DNA of 63,802 nt, the filler included, from Octopus bimaculoides (lineage: Eukaryota): the NCBI RefSeq assembly GCF_001194135.2. It is 7 parts of 6 records of this genome, joined end to end, with 100 filler letters (N's around TTAATTAATTAA, not from the genome) between each part and the next. Parts side by side here need not be neighbours in the genome. Positions count along the whole stretch, not along the records: positions 1 to 20,525 come from NC_068982.1; 6 more parts are not named here. One strand, given 5' to 3'. Shown piece after piece: positions 1 to 11,831 of the stretch; the first letter of the stretch is position 1; each line of letters begins with the position of its first letter. The position numbers and the translations under genes are program-made. Below the pieces are notes generated by a model. The model was not told the origin of the DNA. It searched no databases and was given only the letters and a program-made list of their open reading frames with translations.

Positions 1-300
1 TGATGGTGGTGGTGGTACTGCTGCTGCGGCTGCTGCTGGTGTTGACAACGACGACGACGGCGCCGATGATGATAATGATGATGATGACGACGACGACAAG
101 GACGACGACGACGACGACGACAACGACGGCGACGACGACGACGATGATGATGATGATAATGATGATGATGGAAGAGGTAGTGGTGGTGCTTTTGGTGGTG
201 GTGGCGACAGTGGTGCTGGTGAAAGCGGCGGTAATGGTGACGGTGTCAATAATGGCGGTGCTGTTGGTGGTAATAACGATGAAGGTGTTGATGATCAAAG
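1..300. repeat. Compound trinucleotide microsatellite (GGT/GAC/GAT)
   Basis: Seen directly; it explains ORF 3-308. Confidence 0.9.
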
Positions 301-619
301 AGGATTAAACCTATTCCAAAATGAAAGGAAGCTAAACGCTTCCTCTAGATGCTATTGCACGTAGAATCTGTTGCTATGACATTCCATTTGATATTACGTC
401 ATTTCATGGACTCACAAATAATAAAATATATTGCATAACATTTCTCTCATCATATCCAATACTTCGAACAAAAGGAGTTGATTTGCCAAACTGTGTATTC
501 TAGAGTCACAGAAGCATGTTCATTCTGATCAGGGAGATGCGTGCGTATTCTGGTTCGTAAACCGCTGCGCATGACCTTCGTGGTAAAAGTATAAAAGTAT
601 ATTATTTATTCTACGACAG

Positions 620-1012
620 CCATCTTTTATCTTTTACTTGTTTCGGTCATTAAACTGCGGCCATGCTGGGGCACCGCCTTGAACAATTTATAGTCGAATG
701 TACCGATTTTAGTATGTCTTTTTAAAAAACCTGGTACTTATTCTATCGATCTCTATTGCCGAAACACTAAGTTATTGGGACGTAAACACACCAACACCAA
801 TTGTCAAGCGGTGGAGGCGAGGAACAAACGTACACACCCACACACATATATATACGATGGGCGTCTTTCAGTTTCAACGAAATCTACTCACAAGGCTTTG
901 GTCGGCCCGATGCTATAGCAGAAGACACTTGCCCAAGGTACCGCGCAGTTGGACTGAACCTGAAACCATGCGGTTGGGATACAAGCTTCTTACCACACAA
1001 CCACACGCCTGC
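620..1012 (-). mobile_element. tRNA-derived SINE, family 1 (head, central CTTGGGCAAGTGTCTTCT domain, CA-rich spacer, AGTAAAAGAT tail)
   Basis: Aligns by eye with many other copies in the window. Confidence 0.85.
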
Positions 1013-1755
1013 CCAATGTTCGTTGAGAGAAACTTAATCGATGGGATCTTTGTGTGTGTATGTGTGTGTGTGTGTGTGTGTGTAGCAATGCATTCAAAAG
1101 CCTGAAGACACCGTTCAATTTCTTGCGGATCGACTAACTTATAATGTATGTGCGGTTTAACTCGACGACTTGACCCTTGAATGCGTTTAACCGAGTCCTA
1201 GACTGCTCCAAGGATTCGAGCCAACCCTTCCCCGCTTCCTCCCGGCAGTCATTCAAGCCATGAGAAACATCATGTTCCTTACTTTTCGTTTTGTAACGAA
1301 ACTATTACACACATTTTTCTAAAATATACATGGCTTTTGTCTTTTGTTTGTTTCACTCATTGAACTGCTGCCATGCGTCCTGCAACTGTGGTGGATTTGC
1401 TAAATAGCGATTTCTGTCTCTTTGCACATCATCAGCAGCAAGCCTCCCCTATCAACTGCATGCTTAAATGAATTTAGCCTCTACTGACGAACACTGCAGT
1501 TTTAGAACTTTTTATAGTATATCCACATTAAGTAAGATATACAGAATGTTACAGTTCAAAGCATTTATACTTCTTAAAATGTTCAGCTATTTAAACGAGC
1601 AGCGGTTAAAGAGTTATATTTCTTTAAACTCTAGTTTTAAAATGTCATTCAAAAGACTCACCTCTACNNNNNNNNNNTCTCTCCCTTTTTCTTTTTCTCA
1701 CTCACTTTCACTTTCTCTTTCTTTCCTTCCCTCTCTCCCTCTCTCTTTCTCTCCT

Positions 1756-1811
<56 letters not shown>

Positions 1812-2644
1812 AGTTTACAACATACTATCTTAAAAGAGTAAAATATATTGTGTTATGTAGTTCTAGATACATGGTGCCAGAAAATAAGAGAGGATAGCCA
1901 CAGCTAGTACAACTTTGAGCATACATCTATTTAAACAGGAATGATCCGGTCCGGACTAAAGATGAAAGACAACAATAGCACCAGCGCCAAAAATAATAAC
2001 AGCAGCAGCAGCAGCAGCAACTGAATCTTGCTTCCGCTTGCTCAAAGACACCAAAGATATCGTAACACTCCATAAATATCGTTTCGTCCCTGTTCAGTTC
2101 AATTTATTTTAATTTTAAAAAACACATTGAAAAGCATTTCAAGGAACAAAACAACAACAGAAAAGAAAGAAAACAAAAAACAAAACAACACTGAAACCAT
2201 TTTAACAATTAATAAATATCAAATGACTATGATAACATGTCATAATGCGTATAGAATACAATACATTAACATTGCCATAATCAAATTAATGATATGGTTT
2301 ATTCTAAAATGAAAATCTATGCATCCAACAAGAAATAATAAATAAATATATAATACAGGCCAAAAACATGTTTTAGTATTACATATAAATCATGTTTAAA
2401 CCGATTCGATCAGTTTCTTTAAGCTCATTGATAATCCAATAATATAAATGTTATCGAGAAAGTTGATGGAATCGATAAAGTCTGAGACAAGTCTTTTATT
2501 TTTTCTTAAGATTATTTTTCTTTTTGCTTTTCATGCAATGCATTCATGAAAAATAACATATTTGGACATTTGAACTATTGGCCAATCAATGGTTCACTGC
2601 AGTGAAAATGGTTGGCAGTATTTGAAAAATTATATGCCATCCAC

Positions 2645-2679
2645 AAATAACAACAACAACAACAACGACAACGATAATG

Positions 2680-2726
<47 letters not shown>

Positions 2727-2727
2727 C

Positions 2728-2782
<55 letters not shown>
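2645..2782. repeat. (AAC)n/(AAT)n microsatellite
   Basis: Seen directly. Confidence 0.95.
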
Positions 2783-2784
<2 letters not shown>

Positions 2785-3339
2785 TGGATTGCAGAATATG
2801 GCAGCTTTTATATGTTGATAGTGAAGTGTAGAAATCTCTTAAACAATGAAGAGGCGTGTGCAAGCGTGAAATGACCAGGCCTTCCATAACGATGCATTTT
2901 TATGTAGCAGGGCCTAAATATCCATTATTCCCGAATGGCTATAGTTTGCGTGTAGCTTGTTGTGTACTCTCGTTATTGTTATTATGTGCATTTTGTGATG
3001 TACTATTGTGTTGTTGGAGCAAACGACTTGTGTTGCGTTGACAGTTGTAAGTTTTTGACAGACGTAACTCCATCAACTTCAATGATCCTTGAAAACACAA
3101 GTTTAGTTTGAAATAATCTGCTTGACTAAGATATGTACGCGCTCTACCAGGAGGAATCAAATTTGTGTAAATGTAGCGAATGACATTTATATATAAAAAA
3201 ATTTTTACTGTTTCGAAAATGCCTCTTAGTAGGAGAAGTTATACGGAAACCTACCGTGTTAAGTGTGACTCACAAAGAAGAGGGGATATAATTTCAAGAA
3301 ATTGGTTTGAATCTTCAGTACAAGACCAGAATTTCAGGG

Positions 3340-3690
3340 CAAGAGGTAAGTTTATTACATCAACCCCAGTATTCAACTGGTACCTGTTTTATCGATCTCG
3401 AAAGAACGAAAAGTAAAGTTGACCCCGGCAGAATTTGAACTCAGAAATATAAAGACGGCGAGCTGTCAGAAACGTTAGCCGGGCGAAATGCTTAGCGATA
3501 TTTCATTTGCCGTTACGTTCTGAGTTCAAATTCCGCCGAGGTCGACTTTGACTTTCATCCTTTCGGGGTCGATAAATTAAGTACCAGTTACGCACTGGGG
3601 TCGTTGTAATCGACTTAACCCATTTGTCTGTCCTTGTTTGTCCCTTCTATGTTTTGCCCGGTGTGCTAATGACTCTGCCAGCTCACCGCT
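3340..3690. mobile_element. SINE family 3: one copy inserted into another in opposite orientation
   Basis: The outer copy is split at about 3460/3655. The inner copy is AGCTG.CAGAAACGTTAGC...TTCTGAGTTCAAATTCCGCCGAGGTCGAC...GTACCAG. Confidence 0.75.
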
Positions 3691-3929
3691 CCATAATTTC
3701 AAAATTATACCTAATCATACCTAAAATATAACTAATTTTCGTACTTATGAAAAATTTTGTTTGTTATCCAATGGCAATAATGAATATGCAACGGCCTCAT
3801 TCGGTCTTATCCGCGAAGTACCATCCGCACAAACCCATCTGATTAGCAAAGAGAAATTTGCATATAGAAAAGGCGCGATCGGAGCATTTTATCCAGCAGT
3901 AACCTGCATAATAGTGGTTTCAAATTTTG

Positions 3930-4085
3930 GCACAAGGGTATTAGTCGAACGAACCGACTCCAGAACGTTTTTTTTAGGCCTAGTACTTATTCTGTCGACC
4001 TCTTTTGCCGAACCACTATATTACGGGAACATAAACAAGCAGACCCCAGTTTTCAAGCGGTAGTGGAGAGCAACACAGCACGATG

Positions 4086-4148
<63 letters not shown>

Positions 4149-4298
4149 CAGGCTTCTTTTGGTTTCTGTTTACCAAATCAACTCACAAGGCTTTGGTTGA
4201 CCCCGAACTATATTAGATAACACTTTCTGAAAATCCCTCACAATACCACTGAAACCGGAACCGTGTGGTTTGAAAGAAAACATTTCACTACACATGCA
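3930..4298 (-). mobile_element. SINE family 1, diverged, with internal (TG)n
   Basis: Same head and tail modules as 620-1012. Confidence 0.7.
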
Positions 4299-6503
4299 AT
4301 TATTATTGTTATTTCTTTTTATATTTCTTAATTACTTGAGATTATCCATCTTTTTCATTTTGACTTGCTAACGATTGCTGCTCGGGTTTTCTTTTTCATT
4401 CTCCGACTAAGAAGCAAATTTCAATTCATTGAGAATTTTTTGCATACGTCCTTCCATACACCAAAGCGCTCTTGATTCATTTCAATCCATATTTCAGTTG
4501 GGTTATTTCCTTTAGTTCAGTATTGTTTTATTTCATTCAGGTTAGTTATTTCATTTTATTTTTTTCCTCTCGTATTCGTTTATCATTCTATTTCCAGTTT
4601 TCCTTCCAGTTAAACAGAAAAAGAAAGCATATCAATGTTGTGACTACAACGACAGGAAAATATTTCAGCACTTTTTTTTGCTTTCAACTACTAAACAACC
4701 ACGATAGATTGCAGTCTCGACAAAGCACCAGACAGATACCTAACATACTTAAAATTGTTACTTTACATTCTACATTCAAATCCCACAGGATAAACTTTGC
4801 CATTCATTCTTCCGGATCGATAAAATACCAATCAAAAACTGATGCCGATTTAACCGATTGGAGCCTCCTCCAAAATGGTAAAGTTAGAAATTAACATTAT
4901 CAGCTAAGCATTGCTTCCTCGTGTTTTTGTCACTCTTCTTTAGTTACCTTATCTTCAATTCACTTCATTTCAATCATTCGTATTATTGCTTTTTTTTTTT
5001 TAATAATGCAAGGAACTTATAGAAAGAAAATTAGAAAATCACGAAGAAATAGAGCTATTTAATTTAACGAAGGATTTTCTAACTTTGAACACTGGTTTTT
5101 CTTTGAGGCCATTGATTCATAAAGAGCCTAATTCAGCTTGAAACATCAATTACCTTTTGCAGAGCAAGGCTGCTGTTCAAAGCTTGCCATTTATATAAAT
5201 AGTTACGTGATGCTGACGATATTTTCTGTGAGAAAACAAAAGAAGGAACAAAGAACGAACGAGGAGAGAAAGAAAGAAATAAAAGAGAAAAGACTAGGAA
5301 GAATCGAAGGAAAATAGTTGTAGCTAAGGTGTCACTATTTCATTGAGTCGTGGTTGCGTACGCCCCAACTAGCACGCTTGGCAATGTGCAATGGAATTTT
5401 TGGCAACACGTGAAGAACTGTTTGGCAACACAGATCATAGACATCAGAGGTATTTATTCAAAGACGATAAACAAAAAGAAACAAAAAATGGCAAAAAATC
5501 AACAAGGAAAGTATGAATGAAATTAAATGCTTTATTAAGACATTTTATTGTTTGATTCTTTATTTATTTCAATAAATATCCGAATGAATCATATATTTAG
5601 AGCTTGCATGGAAAAGCATGAGAAAATTTAGCTCTTTCAAAAACTAAACCAAAATATCAATGATAATACAGTTAAAAAGAATAAGTTGATAAACCACAGC
5701 CAAAGAAAAAACAAAATGTTGACATTTTCTTAAAAAAACTTTTAAAATGTCTGCGCTACACGCTTGTGTCGAATAATTTGATCGAGAACAATTCAAGCAT
5801 CAAGTTAGATGCTTACGCATGCGTGAAATTAAGAAATGAGCGGAAGATAGGATGGAGAATAAAATAGAGTGTATAAAGTAAAAGAAACCTGGCGAAGCAG
5901 TAACTGTTTTTATGAATAAACCGATGGGATGTTAAGAAGGCAGTGCATGATAAAACAATTGACTTGCACAATTTCATCATTAATAAACTGCTACGTTTTC
6001 TCTATTAGCCTACAGCATAAATATGCATATAANNNNNNNNNNNNNNNNNNNNNNNNNNNNNNNNNNNNNNNNNNNNNNNNNNNNNNNNNNNNNNNNNNNN
6101 NNNNNNNNNNNNNNNNNNNNNNNNNNNNNNNNNNNNNNNNNNNNNNNNNNNNNNNNNNNNNNNNNNNNNNNNNNNNNNNNNNNNTATATTGGCAATATGA
6201 CCATCCCCAAGTACAACAACGTATATATATATATATATATGCACACTGCACACATGTATATACACACACGAGAGCATATATATGCATGCGTGTATTTGTA
6301 TGTACATCTCTCTCTCTCTCTCTCTCTCTCTCTCATGAGTATATATGAATTATTAAATAATTGTATTGCATTTTCGTTATATGTATGTGTATAAACATGC
6401 ATGCGTATATGTACATAAATTAATATATACGTACATGTGTGTGTGAGTGTGTGTATACATATAATATACATGTGGAAGGTCCATATTGGGAAGACACCCA
6501 AAC

Positions 6504-6579
<76 letters not shown>

Positions 6580-8065
6580 NNNNNNNNNNNNNNNNNNNNN
6601 NNNNNNNNNNNNNNNNNNNNNNNNNNNNNNNNNNNNNNNNNNNNNNNNNNNNNNNNNNNNNNNNNNNNNNNNNNNNNNNNNNNNNNNNNNNNNNNNNNNN
6701 NNNNNNNNNNNNNNNNNNNNNNNNNNNNNNNNNNNNNNNNNNNNNNNNNNNNNNNNNNNNNNNNNNNNNNNNNNNNNNNNNNNNNNNNNNNNNNNNNNNN
6801 NNNNNNNNNNNNNNNNNNNNNNNNNNNNNNNNNNNNNNNNNNNNNNNNNNNNNNNNNNNNNNNNNNNNNNNNNNNNNNNNNNNNNNNNNNNNNNNNNNNN
6901 NNNNNNNNNNNNNNNNNNNNNNNNNNNNNNNNNNNNNNNNNNNNNNNNNNNNNNNNNNNNNNNNNNNNNNNNNNNNNNNNNNNNNNNNNNNNNNNNNNNN
7001 NNNNNNNNNNNNNNNNNNNNNNNNNNNNNNNNNNNNNNNNNNNNNNNNNNNNNNNNNNNNNNNNNNNNNNNNNNNNNNNNNNNNNNNNNNNNNNNNNNNN
7101 NNNNNNNNNNNNNNNNNNNNNNNNNNNNNNNNNNNNNNNNNNNNNNNNNNNNNNNNNNNNNNNNNNNNNNNNNNNNNNNNNNNNNNNNNNNNNNNNNNNN
7201 NNNNNNNNNNNNNNNNNNNNNNNNNNNNNNNNNNNNNNNNNNNNNNNNNNNNNNNNNNNNNNNNNNNNNNNNNNNNNNNNNNNNNNNNNNNNNNNNNNNN
7301 NNNNNNNNNNNNNNNNNNNNNNNNNNNNNNNNNNNNNNNNNNNNNNNNNNNNNNNNNNNNNNNNNNNNNNNNNNNNNNNNNNNNNNNNNNNNNNNNNNNN
7401 NNNNNNNNNNNNNNNNNNNNNNNNNNNNNNNNNNNNTCGTAGGAAAGAAGAAAAAAAAGCGATCAATAGGGATCGTGTATCACAGCAATGTTCTCGTGTA
7501 AAAAAGGGGGGACAGTTTAGGTTTAACCGTGGAAAGAAAAGCCTACGGAAAAGACCACGGTAACCTTGGCCAATATTGTCATTGTCATTGAAGAAACCAT
7601 AACAGCAAGTGACTCTCTTTTGCCTTTTTGTTTTTTTCTTGATTTTTTTAAACTTCTTTATAGGGTTATGCTCAAGGTGGCTCCGTCATTCACACGTGCC
7701 ATTCTTGCTACATTCACCCAAGTGGTCAAGATAATGTGATGGGAGGAAGGAAGTAGTGCGAGGGGGGATAGGAAGAGATGAGAAGGTAAGGAGTAAAAGA
7801 ATGTGTGATATGTGAATAGGGGTGATATGACAAAGCTGCATTAAGGGATAGGTAGAGAAAAGGTATAGGTGGGGTGATACCGAAGTGAGTAGTAGATTTG
7901 GTAGTAAAATTTGAGGTGGAGGAAAGAATACAAAAATGTCAAATTACTATAAATAGATGTATGTGATAGGTTATTGATAGGTAGGATCGGAGAAGTGGAG
8001 TGAAGGTATAATTCCATACGTACGCATGCACTCACATACATATATACTTGCGAATATGTATACAT

Positions 8066-8096
<31 letters not shown>

Positions 8097-8220
8097 CAGA
8101 CACATACATACGCTTATACATGCACACGCTCACACGTGCGCGCAGGTGCACACGCGTTTAAAGTCATACGTGTTTAAAGTCACGCGCATGCACGCATACA
8201 CACACTCATTCATATATATT

Positions 8221-8260
<40 letters not shown>

Positions 8261-8334
8261 CAGGTACACATACATACACACACACGCACATATATATGTG
8301 TGTATATACATATACATGTATATATATAGAGAGA

Positions 8335-8970
8335 GAGAGAATTTACCAAAAAAAAAGCAAAAGACGAAAACGAGTGTGTAAACAACAAACAGATGTATTA
8401 GTTTAACGCTCGGGAAGTGAGAAAGTCTGTTTCGTTCAGGGCCTACGCTCTTCGACAGAAAGGAACACAGAAATAAACAGGGAGAGAAAAAGAAAAAAGA
8501 TTTAGTGGCCAGCGATCTATCATGGCGAATGCCGTACATAGAGGTCACATAGGAGAGCTAGGAAGAAGGGGAGATAATAAATTAGTGGTGATCCTAAAAC
8601 GAAGGTGCGCGTGCATGTGTATGTAAGAGCGTTTATGTGCCTGTGGAAGGGGATGGAAGGTGGGGTTATTAGTCGGATATGTCATGGTGGTGTTAGTATT
8701 GAGTTTTGTTTATCTTGTGCTTTGATGTTCAAATGAAGATTTCAGTAGGTGTAAAGGTTGTTGGTCTGTATGTTTCTCTCTAGGGGGTTATTGTTCTATA
8801 AGTAATTTGATTAGCGTGTAGAACTTTTAATGCATGTCTTTTTTGGAGGTGCAGCTTGTGAACGATGTGTTTATAAATGTTTCTTCAATTCCACTCACAC
8901 CCAAATACCCAATAAAGGTTTTAACATAACGAAAATTTCATAAGTTCAAGATTAAATTTGAGGCATTGGA
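8335..8970 (-). mobile_element. Penelope-like element 3' end with a pLTR carrying a decayed hammerhead-like motif
   Basis: The minus strand gives TEIFI*TSKHKINKTQY (resembles a PLE GIY-YIG C-terminus), then a C-rich UTR, then a block homologous to 41221-41427. Confidence 0.55.
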
Positions 8971-9395
8971 GTTCAACGATGGTTTAACCGGCTGAAATGT
9001 CGAAGTCACTGTCAGAAACATCCTTCTTTAAGAATAATAAATTTGTACAAAAGTATAGAGTAACCAATCAGATTAGCGTAAAATCGTTCTTATTATAACA
9101 GAACATAATAACAAACACACACACGCACACTCAAACACACTCGCGCGTGCACATACGCATGTAGACACGCATATTGTACGATGCAAGTGAGATGATTTTT
9201 TTTTGAGCGCAGAAACGCCGTTAGAACAGGAGAAATATTGGGTTTAGAAAAAAAATCATTTTATTTGTATCATACAATACACATTTTAGACGCTTATAAA
9301 AAAAAAACAAATGTTAGCTTGTTGATATATATATATCACATATCTACACACATACATACGAACAGATAGATGATATATACGGATAGATATGCATG

Positions 9396-9439
<44 letters not shown>

Positions 9440-10439
9440 TGTGTGTATATAGTATAGTAGATTCTTTTTTTTTTTTGCTGCTATATACATTTCGTCCATG
9501 GTATTTCGAACAGTGTTATACATGTATACTTTAATTTCATGTCCAGAATGAATTTTTTAATATCATTATTTTAATATCATTGTATATTTCTGATGGTTGT
9601 GCAATTTCTATTCATTTTTTCCCCATTTTATATTATTTCGTTTTTTATGCTTCGTATTCACTTTGTTTTGCATGCTATAGCTAGGACTTTACGTTTTTAT
9701 AAAGTCATAGTTTTTTTTTTATTATAAAATGTGTATATTAAATCTGTAAACATTTCAACGGCTACCAATCTCAATGGGCAATATACTTATATTTTATCTT
9801 AATTATTCATAACTTTTAATTCATCCTAAATTACTTTCATTTATTTCTGTATACAACTTGCCTTTCTTTCTTTGTCATTTTCTTGTTTGTATATGCTAAC
9901 GCACTTGTGTATTTCTACGAGTATATATATATATATATATATATATTGTGTGTAAGTGAGTGTATACTTTAATGTCTTCAAATGAATGTATTTGTGTATA
10001 TTCATATGTTCTTTTGCGGGTGTGTTTATATATTTGGGCATGCGTGTGCCCAAATATATCTACATATATATGTTTGTAGATATATTTTGATTTATGTATT
10101 GTATTTTATGTGTATTAATAAGCATGTACATATGTGTATTTGTGAGAACGCATAGATGTTGATGTATTTTTATGTATATATTTTTTACGTATTGCAGAGA
10201 CGAAAAATGAAATATACGAGAAACTTTATTGTTCACAGCAATCGTTTCAAGCTCTCCTGCATCCGTTCCTATCATTAATTATATACTCGACGAACCCCGA
10301 GGAATTCCTGAGGTAAATGCAGCGACTATTGCGTAAATACCGAGGATGATGTAAAGTAGCCATAGCTAGTGGACGTGTTTCGCCGGTTAACTATTAGGTA
10401 TATACCTAATGCTTAAATAATTATTATTTATATTATATA

Positions 10440-10910
10440 TATAAATAACACAAAATGGGACAAGAACGCAAAACATCCAGACAGTTAGGTGATACAAGAA
10501 AGGGACAACAAAACATTACAGATAGACGATACAAAGAAAACAAGGACAGGTCATTCGGAGTTTTCTTTCCTCAGTTGAGTTCCAGATTATCTTTGCAATT
10601 TCGGCTGGTTATACGCGAGATTGCTCCAATCTGGCCAGCCCCAAGGAAAAACTAAGCTAAGAGCATTGGATTCCTTGGAAGAAAGCAGTGAATATATGCA
10701 AGAACAAGAACGGAAAAAAACGAACAATGTTACACGAATACAATAAAAATAATAACAGGACATAACAACAGGTGTCTTTCGACTAAGGACGAATTAAATT
10801 AAGCTGGCGTGTGAGGAAATAAAGCCTTATGGCAGGGATACAAGATTTCACAGGCACATGGAGGAATATCGATGTTGCACGGACAACGGCCGGCCAAGAA
10901 AGAAAGATCA
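10440..10910. repeat. Interspersed repeat (possible Penelope-like pLTR), copy 1
   Basis: High similarity over about 450 bp to 63108-63550 in opposite orientation. Both copies end next to (TA)n. Confidence 0.7.
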
Positions 10911-11020
10911 CTTGTTGATGATGTCCCGTTCTTATTGTGTGTTTTGTAGTATTTTGCCCGTACTTGTCTCTCGCGTGTTTTCGTATTTTTCACTCGTTGG
11001 TGATGTTCTGTACTTGGTGT

Positions 11021-11060
<40 letters not shown>

Positions 11061-11779
11061 ATATTAGTTATTGTTACTTTCTTGCCTTCTCCCAGTTTTC
11101 TCTTCTTTCTCTCCTCCCTGTTTTGTTTTATTTTTTCTCCCTCCTCCCCCTTTTCTGTCTTGAGCGTTCTACTTCGATTCCCTCTTATTGTTATAATTTC
11201 TTCTTTCTCTTTCTTGTATTTGTGGCGTTATATATTTTTGGATATTTGCTTGTATTAATTTCTCATCCATAGTTTTATTTTTGTCATTTATAACAATTTC
11301 ATCTTATAAATACCTAATTTTGCAATCTTATTATTCCTTCTAATTATTTGCAACTCCTATATCTCTATATATTCTGCTTATTTTCACTCCCTTTTACACA
11401 GCTTATTTTTTTCGATTTGATAATTAATTATAATTCATTCCACCGATAAAGTTAACCTCCTTTGGCAGCCTAATCACACCGTTATTGTTTTGAAATCAGT
11501 TACCCAATCAAATTCAATTGCTTATTCGTTGAACTGTTAATAACAATCTTATATATATATTACATTGTATTATATTATATTATATTATATTATATTATAT
11601 TATATTATATATACCGTTACAACGTTTTTATTGAGTATCATCGCAACTCTTCTACGGGAGCTCACGTGAAACTCTGAGTAACAGTGTGTGAAAATCTGTT
11701 TCGGCTTTAATAAACAGTATAGTACTCTATCTTTTGTACTCGAATACTATATTTTCAAGCGCATTTTGCATGTATGTGC

Positions 11780-11831
<52 letters not shown>

